Shown: one piece after another, positions 26,623 through 40,609 of the stretch
Numbering within the stretch: position 1 is the first letter of the stretch
Layout: each line of letters opens with the position of its first letter
Assembly: GCA_951406725.2 (NCBI GenBank)
Contig: OX597819.1
Location: 53,134,001-53,198,000, forward strand
Length of the DNA: 64,000 nt
Source of the DNA: Octopus vulgaris
Lineage: Eukaryota
Reading direction: 5' to 3'
Notes under the pieces: generated by a model
Told to the model about the DNA's origin: nothing
What the model saw: the letters and a program-made list of their open reading frames with translations, nothing else
Databases searched by the model: none
Made by a program: the position numbers and the translations under genes

Positions 26623-27225
26623 TAAAGAAAACTAAGACAGGGAAAGTGGGTAGGGAGCAGGGTGACAATGACGCTTGGAGTGAGGGAATGGTGTAAGTGA
26701 AAAAAAGGTAAGGGTGCATGATGGGCAAAGAAATAAGAGATGAAAAGGAAGTGACTGAAGATATACATAAATATAGGGAGAAGGGGACAGGGATGAGGGT
26801 AGATAGAATGAGAGGTAAGAAGTTGATTTGAAAATAAAAACAGGAAGGAACAAACATATAAAGAAAAACATAGGAAAAAGTGAAAAAGATAAATGAAGGA
26901 AGAAGAAAAAGAAAATATATGTTGAGATGGTGGGAGACATTAAGGGCTGAAGGAAATGGGGATGAGAAAACACAAAGGAAAACAAAACAAAAAAAAAGAA
27001 TGGAAAGGAAGAGAAACTTAAAGAAATAAGGAAAGAGAAAGAAATGGTAACTAAGCTTTAGAGTTATAGACAGGAACCATATGGATGGAAATTTGAAGAA
27101 GGAAGGTTCACTGGTAAAGCTTTAGTGGATAAATAGGCAGACACACACATAAATGCAGGGGAGAAGCACACTCTAAGATGTGGAGCAGTTAATATTATAG
27201 TGGAGTAGGCATACCCCAATATAAC

Positions 27226-27762
<537 letters not shown>

Positions 27763-29921
27763 ATGAATGAGGAGTGGATGAGGGATGGAAAAGTGGGAGG
27801 AGCAGAAATAAGAAAGAAAAAGAGGGTTGGAATTAAAGTCAAAAGCAACAACTTTTGAGTTGATTGATTGACTGATTATGAGTGTGTGTGTGTGTGTGTG
27901 TATACATAAGCATTGGAATGGGTGGGTTGGGTATTCCATGGATGGGAAGTTAGGAGAAGTGGGTAGGTTTGGGTGGAGGCTGGGCAGAATTTAAGAAATT
28001 GAGAAAGGCTGCTGACTGCAAAAAGATTGTTTAAGCTGTTCCTCTGTGTGTGTGGTGGGGCTGATGGTTTTGACAAGCTGAAACCCTTATCACATTCTGA
28101 AACCTAAACAGTAGTTGGGGTGGTGGGTGCAAGAGAAACCCCCCCCCCCCCCACAATTGTAAAGATGGGAAGGGGAAGCTGAAACCAAAGAAAAATAATA
28201 AACTATAGATATAAAACTAAAAAAAAATACATATACATACATACACATAGGCAAGCATACAGTAATATAAAGAAAACAAAGATCAAAACTACCATACAAA
28301 CCTAATGTAAACATTACTGTTAGCTATCTTATCAGCTGTGGTGTATATGTGTATAGCTAGACATTATATATATATATATATATATATTTATATAAATACA
28401 CACACACACACACACAAAAAGAGGGTTCCTATGATTCAGTGAAGACACAAACATACACGCACACATACCTACCACAGTCAGCACCAGCACCAACAGTATT
28501 ATCATTTCCATCACCATTTCCACAAATACCAATAGTCCTTGACATTAAACTTTTTATTCTATATTCCTCAAGGTTTTAATAGACACAAACACACAGGCAG
28601 GGTCAATGTGTGTGTGTGAGTATGTATGTGTGTGTAGAATTGAATGGTGGGTTCCAAAGATTTGGTACTTCTCTACTACAAAAGATTGGGATTGGTGTAC
28701 AAGGAGAGGGAGAGAGAGAGAGAGAGAGACAAAGAGATGAAGAAAGGGAGAGAAAAAGAGAGATGTGGGAGAAAGGAAGGATGACCAAAAAATAGAGAAA
28801 TAAAAAAAAAAAAAGCAAGACAACCAGAGAGAAGATATGAAAGAGAGAATGCTGTGTGTGTCCAGGCTCCCATGACCTCCACTCCTGTATAGCAAGAGGG
28901 CACCTTTTCATTTGCCCACTTGCCTCCATCTCAACTCACCCCTCAGAAATGAAAGAATAAGCTAATGTAGTGGCACTATGATAACAACAACAGAAGCAAC
29001 AGCCACAACAAAAACAAACCGGCAGACAGACAGCTCTAAGAAAGGAGAGCAAGAGTAAGTCAAAAAGTAGAATGACTCAAAATAATAGAGAGTGACAGGT
29101 GGATGTGAGTAGGGTGTATATTTTTCTAACAGGAAGTAGCATGGGAGTTGGGGATAGGGCAGGGAGGGCTCTCAATAAACTTTCCCTTGTTACATTCACT
29201 AGCTAAGGTAAACATGACCAACACAAATCAGATAAAGTGTAAGAAAAATATACACCAGCCAGAAGAGTTAGGGTGGGTGACAGGGGTGGAGGAGGATGGG
29301 TGATGAAAATAAGAAGAGGAAGGGCAGGAGCAACCGGTGAGAGAGAGGGAGGGAGGGAGACCAGCAGGCAAAGAAATTAAGCAACAAATAATAATAATAA
29401 TAATAATAAAAAAGGATGAAATTCACTAAATAAAAATAAAGTAAAATAAGATAAAGAATAGTGAGAAATAAAATCTGATGGTAAAGTGTGAAGTGAGGAG
29501 GCAGATAGCTTCACTACAACATGGTAGCCCACCCCCACAAAGAAAAAAAATCAACATAAAAATATAAAAACTTGTTAAAGAGATATAGCACAACTAATTA
29601 GGAAGAAAATTCCTTGTTTGTGCTAGGATAGGGTACCACCAAAGCTGCCCCTCTTCCTATACAGACAACCCATGGGAAGTTCTTAACAAAGCGTAAACCA
29701 CTTCAGTATCGACCCAGAGAGGGGTTTTGACAGAGTACTGCACTGCATGTATAACTTACATTATTTTATACATGATTTTTAACTGAAGTAAAAAAAAAAA
29801 ACTGGGGTGCAAAACTGACATCAAGAAAATAAGAATAAGAAAAGAAAAAAATTTGTACTAAAATTTAATACTAAATTAGGGGTGTGACACATATGTCAAA
29901 CCAAAAACAGTAGGTATAGAT

Positions 29922-30184
29922 CAGTGTTTGTCAACCATTTTTTACATATGGACTCCCTTTGGTCCATATTTTACTCAGATGGGCCCTCATAGCCATTCGA
30001 TGTTTTAAAACTCCTACTAAATTTTCTCGATTAAATGTTTCTAGGAACCGTATAAAAAGAAGTTGTTAAAATATTTTGTGTTGTTGAAGTATAACCAATT
30101 AATTGCACATAAATTTTAACAAAATTTGATGTGTACCTCTCCCCACCCACCTTCCATCATGTGGACCCCAGCTGAGAACCACTG
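29922..30184 (+). mobile_element. hAT-type MITE with 8-bp TSD
   Basis: Ends CAGTG..tcaacc / gctgagaacCACTG; TSD gtatagat (29914-29921) vs gtatggat (30185-30192); second family member at about 51533-51765. Confidence 0.85.
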
Positions 30185-30536
30185 GTATGGATGACTGAAT
30201 ATCCTCACCTCCACCCAAACAGACACTCACACAAACCTTGTACAGAAATGCTGTCAGGAAAGTGAAAGTAAGCAACAAATACAGTAAGGACATGTGATGC
30301 ATGGATATTTTGTGTTGTAGAAGTGTTACCAATTAATTGCACATAAATTTTAACAACAAAATCTGATGTGGGCTGCCACAAGGGTCATGTGGACCCCAGC
30401 TGAGAACCACTGGTATAGATGACTGAATATCCCACACTTCCACCCAAACAGACACACACACACAAACCATGTACAGAAATGCTGTTAGGAAAATGAAAGT
30501 AAGCAACAAAAATACAGTAAGGACATGTGATGCATT
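30071..30536 (+). repeat. Tandem duplication of about 230 bp (MITE right half plus flank)
   Basis: 30071-30302 matches 30305-30536. Confidence 0.9.
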
Positions 30537-30549
30537 GTAGATGATGGTT

Positions 30550-30680
30550 AGGTCAAGAAGTGTCAAGCAAACCAAGTGGTAGGAACCTGCAGAAGAGTAA
30601 AGAAGACATGGAAAGAAATGGTGAAAGCTGACCTGCAGGAAGTTGAACATCATGAAGATGATGACAGAAGTAGTGAGATG
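30550..30680 (+). mobile_element. RTE LINE 3' ORF fragment
   Basis: VKKCQANQVVGTCRRVKKTWKEMVKADL resembles GxxxRGRPxKTWxExVxxDL. Confidence 0.6.
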
Positions 30681-30847
30681 CTGAGTTGGAGAATTCTGAT
30701 TCTGATTTCAAATCCTTCCAAGGTCAATTTTCCCCTATACCTTTCCAGATGTCAATAGAATAAAATGAGGGTGTTTATTCAACTGGATCCTCTAACCAAA
30801 TTTTATAACATTGGGACAATGTTGGAAATCAATAACTAATTATCTCC

Positions 30848-31354
30848 CTTTACTGGTTTCAGTTATTTGACGGTAGCCATGCTAGGGCATCAGCTTCAAG
30901 GGTTAAGTTGAACAAATTGACCCCAGAACTTATTTTTAAAGCCTGATACTTATTCTGTAAGTCTCTTCTGCCAAACTGCTAAGTTACAGGGGCATAAACA
31001 AACCAACACCAATTGTCAAAACTCATCTTCAAAATCAATGCAAGGCTCATTAATAACACTACCAAATGAAAGATACAGCTATCACAGGTGATCACTATCA
31101 AAGAAAGGTGTTAAACATCACTGGACACAAATATTAAATTGATAGGACAAGAAGAAAACTTCTTACAAAAGCAAGGCTATTGGTACAGAAAATATCGATA
31201 TATAGGGAGCAAACAAAGACACACACACACACACACAGAGTCAGCCTGTGACTATAGCAGAAGATATTTGCCCAAGGTGCCATGCAGAGGAACTGAAACC
31301 AAAAGCACAAGGTTCCTAAGTGACCTTCTTAAGCACACAGCCATACTTGCACCT
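30848..31354 (-). mobile_element. Family-A SINE with unrelated internal sequence
   Basis: Tail gtttcagttatttgacggtagccatgctag; head ..cttaagcacacagccatacttgcacct. Confidence 0.7.
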
Positions 31355-32221
31355 ATTGTATAAGATTTTTTTTTCTTTGTAAATAAGAGAAAGTGTGATC
31401 CATGTACAGGAATGGAGCTAAGCAGATTCAAGCCATAAGCATACTCGTTATAATTATTGCCATTTGATAAAGAAGACTGACAGACAGTAGGGAGGGTTGG
31501 TGTGGGAAGAAAGAAAAACATTGTAAAATGTTGAGAGAAAAATATGAGCGTTAGTTCAGTGAGCTATAAATATTGAAATAACTACAAGAACCACAATATC
31601 CTTTGGACACATAACACAACCCTAACCTACCACCACAACACATAGGCAACAAGAGTGTAGTGAAAACATGGGAAGAGAGAGAGTTAATCCTATTTTGCCT
31701 CCATACATCTGTTGTAATTCATAGCCCATGCATCTGTTTTACACCTGTTTTATGTTTATTTAGAGAGTTGAATAAGACTCTTTCCCTGAATCAACAAGAA
31801 CTTTATTCTATAAAGACTCACAAAGGGGTTGAGGGGTGGCAACATCAACCTTACCCTCCCCACATACAAATACACAGACACACAAAATCCCTTTGGAAAC
31901 CAATACCACATACTGTGGTCACCTGATCTTGGCCTCTGCTGCCTCCCACCTAATCCCATCTAAATCAAACCCATCCACCCCAATGCATCTACAAAGTTGA
32001 TCTGTCAAGCACCTTTAAAAGAAGAAAAGATTTAAGGATCACTATTACCTTACACTAAGATCTTTATGGGTTTATAAACAGATAGTTTCATACTTAAAAT
32101 GTCAGAAAAACTATATCAAGGATATTGAATGACAACGCTGTTTGTTGTATGGTTGTTTGGCTGTTGATACAAGTTGACGCCTTTCACTCACAGTGTCTTC
32201 ACATTTTGACAGAAAGAACTG

Positions 32222-32260
<39 letters not shown>

Positions 32261-32263
32261 GTC

Positions 32264-32486
32264 AAGGTGGCGAGCTGGCACAATCATTAGCATGCCAAGC
32301 AAAATGCTTAGCGGTATTTCATCTGCTGCTACGTTCTGAGTTCAAATTCTGACAAGCTCAACTTTGCCTTTCATCCTTTCAGAGATGATAAATTAACTAC
32401 CAGTTGCATACTGGGGTCAATCTAATCGACTGGCCTTCTCCCCCAAAATTTCAGGCCTTGTGCTTATAGTAGAAAGGATTATTATT
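32264..32486 (+). mobile_element. Family-C SINE (Nin/Deu-domain-like), near full length
   Basis: aaggtggcgagctggca..gagttcaaattc (B box)..tttgcctttcatcctttc..ggattattatt tail. Confidence 0.85.
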
Positions 32487-32509
32487 GCTGTTGTTTTTAC
32501 TATTACTTT

Positions 32510-32850
32510 CTGAGTAATTCTTTGGGGTTTGGATAATTCACATCTGAAAACATGGGTGTTTTGTCCAATATCCTTAAACAACCCTTATTCAGGGACTTTT
32601 TGAGTGGGATGAGCTACTCAACCTGAAGAAAATTCTAACTGGGTCCCACCTGCAAGATCATGCACTGTTAATCTTGATATGAGATTACCATGTCGCGCAC
32701 ATATGGTTGTGAGTCATGTGCCTGCTGTACCTTTGTCAGATGGGTTGTCATGATGGGTATGTTAGGCTTTGTCTATTTGTACTCCAGTGTCACTTTGATG
32801 ACATGCGCTGCTCTCTCACTCAATAATAATAATAATAATAATAATAATAA
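32510..32850 (+). mobile_element. Probable LINE 3' end with (AAT)n tail
   Basis: Complex sequence ending gctctctcactc(AAT)n. Confidence 0.5.
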
Positions 32851-33029
32851 CGATGATGATGATGAATCTTATTAAACGAACAACAGTTAAAATTGGGGAC
32901 TGAAAACAATCCAGAGACATATTGTTAGGACTATAACATGAGAAATTCCAAGGACCTATTTATTCTTCAGCAATACTGGCATCATGAACATGATGATAAT
33001 TTTTGACTTTGTTGATACAAAATAACTCA

Positions 33030-33400
33030 TATATAAGAAACTTCCAAATCACATGGTCTTGGGTTCAGTCCCATGGTAGGGCACCATGGGCAAGTGTCTT
33101 GTATTATAGTTCCAAGCAGACTGGAGCCTTGTGAGTGAATTAAGTAGACAGAAAGAAGCCTGCTCTCTCTCTCTCTCTCTCTCGCTCTCTCTCTCCATCT
33201 GACTGTCCATCCTTGTCCTGACATTATGCAACCATAATTCAACTCCAGTTTTCTATGGAAACAAATCTTGCCCTCCTGCTTGGAAACAGATGAGGGTTGG
33301 AGGCAAAAGGAGCATCTGGCCATAGAAAATCCATCTGGACAAATTCAGCCTGACCTATGCCAGCATGGAAAATGAACATTAAAAAGATGATGATAATGAT
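33030..33400 (+). mobile_element. Family-A SINE variant with RTE-type (GAT)n tail
   Basis: gggttcagtccc..ggcaccatgggcaagtgtctt..gccagcatggaaaatgaacattaaaaagatgatgat. Confidence 0.75.
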
Positions 33401-34533
33401 GCAATATATCAAACTGTCTAGGATCAGGATTCATCTGAAGTTCCTTCTGAATGCATTATGAAAAGCTTCATTCATTTAATAGGGTTGAGCTTATCAAATA
33501 ATAATCTTCATGACTTCCCTCATATCACATTATCATCAGTTTAATATTTGATTTAGTGAGTGTTAAAACAGATCGGCATAACAGTGTATTTTCAGCTAAT
33601 ATTGCTATCATATAGCATTTCATCAGTGTGTGTATGCGAGTGCATGTGATGGCGGTGATGTGGTATTAGAGTGAGTTCCGACTCTCTAACTACCACAACA
33701 CAGCTTTTCTCTTCACACAACCTCTGCCCTGAGCTAAGAAGATATGACATTCTAAGAAAATGTTCTTAATTAGAAATTTCTGGAACGAATTTAGCTGCAC
33801 CGCGACCTTTAAAAGGAAAGGAAGGTAAGAGTGGGGATGGAAAAAAGTAAAAAGTACAAAAAGAAAAAAGAAAAAAAAAAAAAAAAAACTAGTAGATCTG
33901 AACCAGAACTGTAAGGAACCAGATGTTCTTGGGAGTTCTGTTGATCTATCCATCCTTGGTTTCCTCTATTTTATTTATTTTGTTAGTTTTCTTTTTTGTT
34001 TTGTTTTGTTTTTTGTTGTTTTTTCTTTCTTCGCTGATGTGCAAAGAAAATAAAAATAACATTCATATCTGATGAATAACTACCTACCACAATTAACCCT
34101 TAAATAGCAATCCCATCCTGGAGATTATCATATTCGCCTCATATAAAGAGACTAATGAAAACTTTTTGACACAAGTTGAAGATGAGATGAGAGAGAGAAG
34201 CAGGCGCATGGAAAGGTAGAATGTATTTATAAGAAATAGATAAAACCTTTTCCTTCTACAAATACATCATGTTGTTCACCTGTGGTAAGTTTAATTTAAT
34301 TTGTGAAATAATGTAGATGTGTTCTGGAGTAGCTATCAAGATGTAAAATGGTATACAATTTAGATGAGCTCTATCAATTTATGTTATGTTTCTTATATCT
34401 CTCTATGTATTACAGCAATACATGTTTAACATTATTAACCCTTTGAATGTACAAACATATGTTTATACATTGAAGACTTTTATACAGGTAAATACACACA
34501 CATATATATATACATACACACACATAGATATAT

Positions 34534-34948
34534 ATTCTCTTTACTCTTTCTCTTTACTCTTTTACTTGTTTCAGTCATTTGACTGCGGCCATGCTGGAGC
34601 ACCACCTTTAGTCGAGCAAATCGACCCCGGGACTTATTCTTTGTAAGCCCAGTACTTATTCTATTGGTCTCTTTTTGCCGAACCGCTAAGTGACGGGGAC
34701 ATAAACACACCAACATCGGTTGTCAAGCAATGCTAGGGGACAAACACAGACACACACACACATATATATATATATACATATATACGACAGGCTTCTTTCA
34801 GTTTCCGTCTACCAAATCCACTCACAAGGCATTGGTCGGCCCGGGGCTATAGCAGAAGACACTTGCCCAAGATGCCACGCAGTGGGACTGAACCCGGAAC
34901 CATGTGGCTGGTAGACAAGCTACTTACCACACAGCCACTCCTGCGCCT
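34534..34948 (-). mobile_element. Well-preserved full-length family-A SINE
   Basis: Head aggcgcaggagtggctgtgtggtaag (A box), GGTTCAGTCCC (B-box-like), internal microsatellite, (AGAGTAA)-type tail, CpGs retained. Confidence 0.92.
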
Positions 34949-35254
34949 ATATATATATATATATCTCATCATCATCATCATCATCTTCACATACACACCA
35001 CACACACACACACACATATATATACACACTCACACATATACATACAGGTACACTCATACACAAACCATAAATGTTCATATTTTTTTTACTAACAAAAAAA
35101 AAAAAAAAAAGAAAAAATAGATGGCTGCAAAAACCTGGATAAGATCTTATTTAATGAGACTAACTCTAGGTTTGAGATTCTCCACAAACAGTAGCATATG
35201 GACACGGACACACAACAACTGATCGAGTACTGAGTATAAAAGGGCGAGTTACCT

Positions 35255-35649
35255 TTTTTATCTTTTACTTGTTTCACTCATCGAACCACAACCAAGCTGG
35301 AGCACAGGCTTCAAGGATTTTAGACAAACAAAATTGATTCAGCATTTCCTTTTTTTAATTCTGGTATTTATTTTAGCATTCTCTTTTAGTGAACTACTAA
35401 GTTACAGGAACATAAACAAACCAACAATAGCTGTCAAGACACAAACAGAAATGAGGACATATACACACACATACATACATACACAACAGACTTCCACACA
35501 ATTTCCATCTACCAAATTCACTCATAAGGTATTGGTCAGCCTGGGGCTATAATAGAAAGGTGCTTGCTTAAGGTGCCATGCAATGGAACTGAACCTGAAA
35601 TCACATAGTTGCAAAACGAACTTCTTAACCACACACCCAAGCCTGCACC
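35255..35649 (-). mobile_element. Family-A SINE (older)
   Basis: Colinear with 34534-34948. Confidence 0.8.
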
Positions 35650-35747
35650 AATGACATGTGTTTAAAATTTGACAGCCCATATGAAATATTAATGTTATAA
35701 ACAACTATATATTGATGACATCAATACAAACTATATGAATATTAGGG

Positions 35748-36141
35748 TTCTTTTATTTGTTTCAGTCACTTAACTGCAGCCATGCTGGAGCACCACTTTT
35801 AGTTGAAAGAATCAACCCCAGGACTTATTCTTTGTAAGCTTAGTACGTGTTCTATCAATCTCTTTTGCCGAACTGCTAAGTTAAAGGAATGTAAACACAC
35901 GAACATCAGTTGCCAAGCGAAGGTGAGTGACAAACACAGACACACAAACATATGCACACACACACACATATACATACAACAAGCTTCTTTCAGTTTCCAT
36001 CTACCAAATCGACACACAAGGTTTTGGTTGGCTTGAGGCTATAGTAGAAGACACTTGCACAAGGTGCCATGCAGTGGGATGAGAACCCGGAACCATGTGG
36101 TTGGTAAGCAACCTACTTACCACACAGCCACTGCTGTGCCT
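35748..36141 (-). mobile_element. Family-A SINE
   Basis: Colinear with 34534-34948. Confidence 0.88.
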
Positions 36142-36642
36142 GAACAAAAATACATTGATGATATCACTTATATGTCGAACCTGACCACTTCGGCAGAATT
36201 CAAACTGCTACAAAACAAATGTTTCTCTGATGATGCACATGCCTTATCACTCATATCTGTCTAAATTTCTTGACTGTAGATGCACATACTTGTTGGCAAA
36301 AGTGTTTAAGATAATCAATTCTACCTCTGACCCAAAAAAAAGGGAGAGGGGGGGCAAATGCTAGCAGCAGCAAAAAGTTGGACTTTTAACAGCATTTTAT
36401 TTTTATCTCCTCATAGTCAAAGTTCTAAACCAAAAAGGATTGACTTTGTCTTTCATCTCTCTAAAGTAAACAAAATACATACCAGTTATGTACTAGGGTC
36501 AATATAACCAATTCCACTCCAAGTTACGAATCAGTGTCTTTGTACTAATGTATGAAGACATAATAGCAGTTAATGGAAAAGACAAGGGGGAGCAACATGA
36601 CAGTAAGTCAGGGATTTAAAGTTTTTCAGTGGGGTAACTTAA

Positions 36643-36839
36643 CTCTTTAGCATCCAAATTCCTTTGTCAAATACAATGCTTTTTTTTTTGCATTGTTTTG
36701 AATTAACCATGCATTATCTCACAGCTTCAAGACTTCAATGATGGGATTATTTTTATAGGAGAGGTCAGATCTGGCCAGTTTGAGCATAAAACAGGTTACA
36801 CTATTTGAGCCGGATATGACCGATTTAGATGCTAAAGGG
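36643..36839. mobile_element. piggyBac-type MITE
   Basis: TTAA-ctctttagcatc ... gatgctaaaggg-TTAA. Confidence 0.8.
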
Positions 36840-37139
36840 TTAAACTAGCAATCGGATGAGGTAATTCAGAATTTTGTTGATGATGTTGGAGCATCATTCC
36901 AGATTTTAAAAAAAAAACAACTCCCTGTTCATAAGAAATTCTCGTTACAGAAACATTGTAGTAATACTAATCAAGGTAAACTTTTCCCAAAGTATGTAGG
37001 AGTTCGAGAGAGAGAGAGAGAGAGAGAGAGAGCAGGGTGGAATGATGGAAAGAGAAATTAAAGCATTGAAGATGATTGTTAGAAAGAGAAAGAAAGAAAT
37101 TTCACGAGGAAAGAATAATACATATAAATAACGGTTTCG

Positions 37140-37320
37140 AATTTTGGCACAAGGCCAGCAATTTAGGGGGTGGCTAAGTTGATTACATTGATCCCAGTGC
37201 TTAATGGGTACTTATTTTATTGACCCTGAAAGATGAAAGGCAAAGTCGACCCCAGCTGAATTTGAACTCAGAACATAAACACAAGCGAAATACTGCTAAG
37301 TATTCTGCCAGCTCACCACC
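37140..37320 (-). mobile_element. Family-C SINE
   Basis: gatgaaaggcaaagtcgaccccagctgaatttgaactcagaac..ctgccagctcaccacc. Confidence 0.85.
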
Positions 37321-37440
37321 ATTATAATACATAATACATATAAACAACGGTAAGAAAAATGAGGAGATGAGTGAGAAAAAAAGTGAAAGGTTAAGCAAGA
37401 ATAAAGAAAATTGGGTAGCTTGGTCTGAAAGAGAGAGAGG

Positions 37441-37484
<44 letters not shown>

Positions 37485-37581
37485 GACAGACAGAGAGTAA
37501 TGCAGAAACATAGTTAAGTGAAATAGAGATGTAGTAAGTGTGAGAGATGAAGTGCAATAGACAGATAATGAGTAAAAGTGT

Positions 37582-37636
<55 letters not shown>

Positions 37637-38430
37637 AAGAAAATGAAGATGTTTCTCTCCCTTCCCCACCAATTCCTGTCTCGCATTCTTCAGCAGTCAT
37701 CCACATAATTCCAAATTAGCAGAAATAATGTTATTGCAATCTGTATCTTTTCAGCAGGCAAGCCTTTCTTAACACAAGAATAAGGGAGGGACAAAGATAC
37801 ATACACACATACATACATACATATATGCAAATACATGCAGAGAGAAAGGGGGGTACAGGAGAAGCACAAGGCCACTTTCCACTTACTACTGCAGCTTTTT
37901 CCTCTCACCCCACCCACTTCCATCACATTTCTTCCTAGTCGTACATTCCACCAAAAACACTGATCTGGCCAGTCAGAGTGAAGTGATGCAATGAAGGCAG
38001 GAAGCATTTTCAGGATAAAGGAGTATCAAATAACCAAAAACAACCAACACCGAACAACAAGTGTAAACATTCTTGCACCCAATAAATAAATCAAGTCCAA
38101 AATATCTGAGATGATTCCATGACTAATGTGATATTAGTGTTTCAATTACCTACTTTCGCAGCACTAATGTAGATCTAATTACAAGATCTGCTGTGATAAA
38201 TAGATAATGGTATCTTGTATGAATTTAATAGTTCAGCACCAGGGATCACTGACAGACCTAATCACTGAAAAACACTCCAGTTTATCAAAACATTATGAAG
38301 GCATGCTCTGCAATCTCATGTGCAGATATGCTGCTGTTGGTGGTGGTGTTTGAGATCAATGGCATTCCAACCATGGCCACACCATCCTTTTGAATATGAA
38401 GAATTACATTTCCAATGTTTCTTTTTTTTG

Positions 38431-38833
38431 AAGATGCAGGAGTGGCTGTGTGGTAAGTAGCTTGCTTACCAACCACATGGTTCTAGGTTCAGTCCCACTG
38501 CGTGGCACCTTGGGCAAGTGTCTTATGCTATAGCCTCGGGCTGACCAAAGCCTAGTGAGTAAATTTGGTAGACAGAAACTGAAAGAAGCCCGTCGTGTAT
38601 ATATGTATATATGTGTGTGTGTGTGTATATGTTTGTGTGTCTGTGTTTGTCCCCACAACATTGTTTGACAACCGATGGTGGTGTGTTTACATCCCGTAAC
38701 TTAGCAGTTTGGCAAAAGAGACCAATAAAATAAGTACTAGGCTTACAAAGAATAAGTGCTGGGGTTGATTTGCTTGACTAAAGGCAGTGCTCCAGTATAG
38801 CCACAGTCAAATAATTAAAACAAGTAAAGAGTA
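38431..38833 (+). mobile_element. Well-preserved full-length family-A SINE
   Basis: Reverse complement of 34534-34948 over its whole length. Confidence 0.92.
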
Positions 38834-39360
38834 TGAAGGGTGTCAAAGGAGAATTGGTTGCTATTTCTAGTAGAGTGAGTTATTACTCACCAGAGTAACT
38901 TCTCTTGCTGGCTCACATTCACAGGCATGTTTACATACTATGCATCCATGTGTGAACTTTGTTAATTATAACAAACAGAACTGTGGAATAAATAAGACAT
39001 CAGATTCTTTTAATATGGCTCATTGGTCTGTATAATTCCACTGCAAGAAAATACTGAGCAAGATATTTACTTCTACTTGGCAAGCCATGATAAAAAAAAA
39101 AGTAGAGGGAGGGGCAGTAAAAAGTATGGGAATAATTATAAAATTACAACAAAATTATTTCCAAAAATACATAATTTCAATTAAAAGTCGGTGAATTTTG
39201 TACTTTTCATCAACACTAGATTTGTACTAATTACGTGTGAACAACATACAACCAACACAATATGACCCTGGCGGTCTTTAACACTGAGTATTTCCAGATC
39301 TTTTTTTCAGCCATCTGACAAGACAGGAAAACACACACAGAAACCCTATATCAAACCAAT

Positions 39361-39594
39361 AAGGTGGTGAGCTAGCAGAAACGTCACACTGAGCGAAATA
39401 CTCAATGGTATTTTGTCTGCCATTACGTTCTGAGTTCAAATTCCACCGAGGTCGACTTTGCCTTTCATCCTTTCAGGGTCAATAAATTAAGTACCAGTTA
39501 TGCACAGGGGTCGATGTAATCAACTTAATCCCTTGGTCTGTCCTTGTTTGTCCCCTCTATCTTTAGCCCCTTGTGGGAAATAAAGAAATAAGAA
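39361..39594 (+). mobile_element. Family-C SINE (alternative tail)
   Basis: aaggtggtgagctagcagaa..gagttcaaattcc..gtcgactttgcctttcatcc..aataaagaaataagaaa. Confidence 0.85.
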
Positions 39595-39820
39595 ACTCTA
39601 CATCAAACGAACATCAGCAACTGCATTTGTTGAGGCAGATTTTCAGTGGTCAGATGCCCTTCATGATACCAAGTGTTACTTTCCAAGCAAGGTAATATCT
39701 TCCCATGGCCAGACATGTTTTTCAAGGAATACTGGGAAGAAATAACTCCACTTCTATGATGCTTATTTGCAACCATCATGGCAAAAGTAGAGACAAATAC
39801 ACACACATTCATACATGCAG

Positions 39821-39822
<2 letters not shown>

Positions 39823-39894
<72 letters not shown>

Positions 39895-39954
39895 ATATAT
39901 AATAAAAAATATAATATATATATAATATAATATATATATATATATAATATATAT

Positions 39955-40030
<76 letters not shown>

Positions 40031-40066
40031 ATAAATATATAAATATATAATATAAATATAATATAA

Positions 40067-40153
<87 letters not shown>

Positions 40154-40170
40154 ATATATATATATAATAT

Positions 40171-40216
<46 letters not shown>

Positions 40217-40253
40217 CATATATACATACATATATATATATATATATACATAT

Positions 40254-40284
<31 letters not shown>

Positions 40285-40385
40285 CATATATATATACATA
40301 TATATATACATATATATATACATATATATACATATACATATATATATATACATATATATATACATATATATACATATACATATAC

Positions 40386-40420
<35 letters not shown>

Positions 40421-40445
40421 CATATATATATACATATATATATAC

Positions 40446-40502
<57 letters not shown>

Positions 40503-40606
40503 CATACATATATATAACATATATATACACACACATATATATACACACATTATATAATATATATATATATATATATGTTATGTGTGTGTGTGTGTGTAAA
40601 TATATA
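39823..40606. repeat. About 780-bp (TA)n/(TACA)n array
   Basis: Direct reading; length may be affected by assembly. Confidence 0.95.
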
Positions 40607-40609
40607 CAA

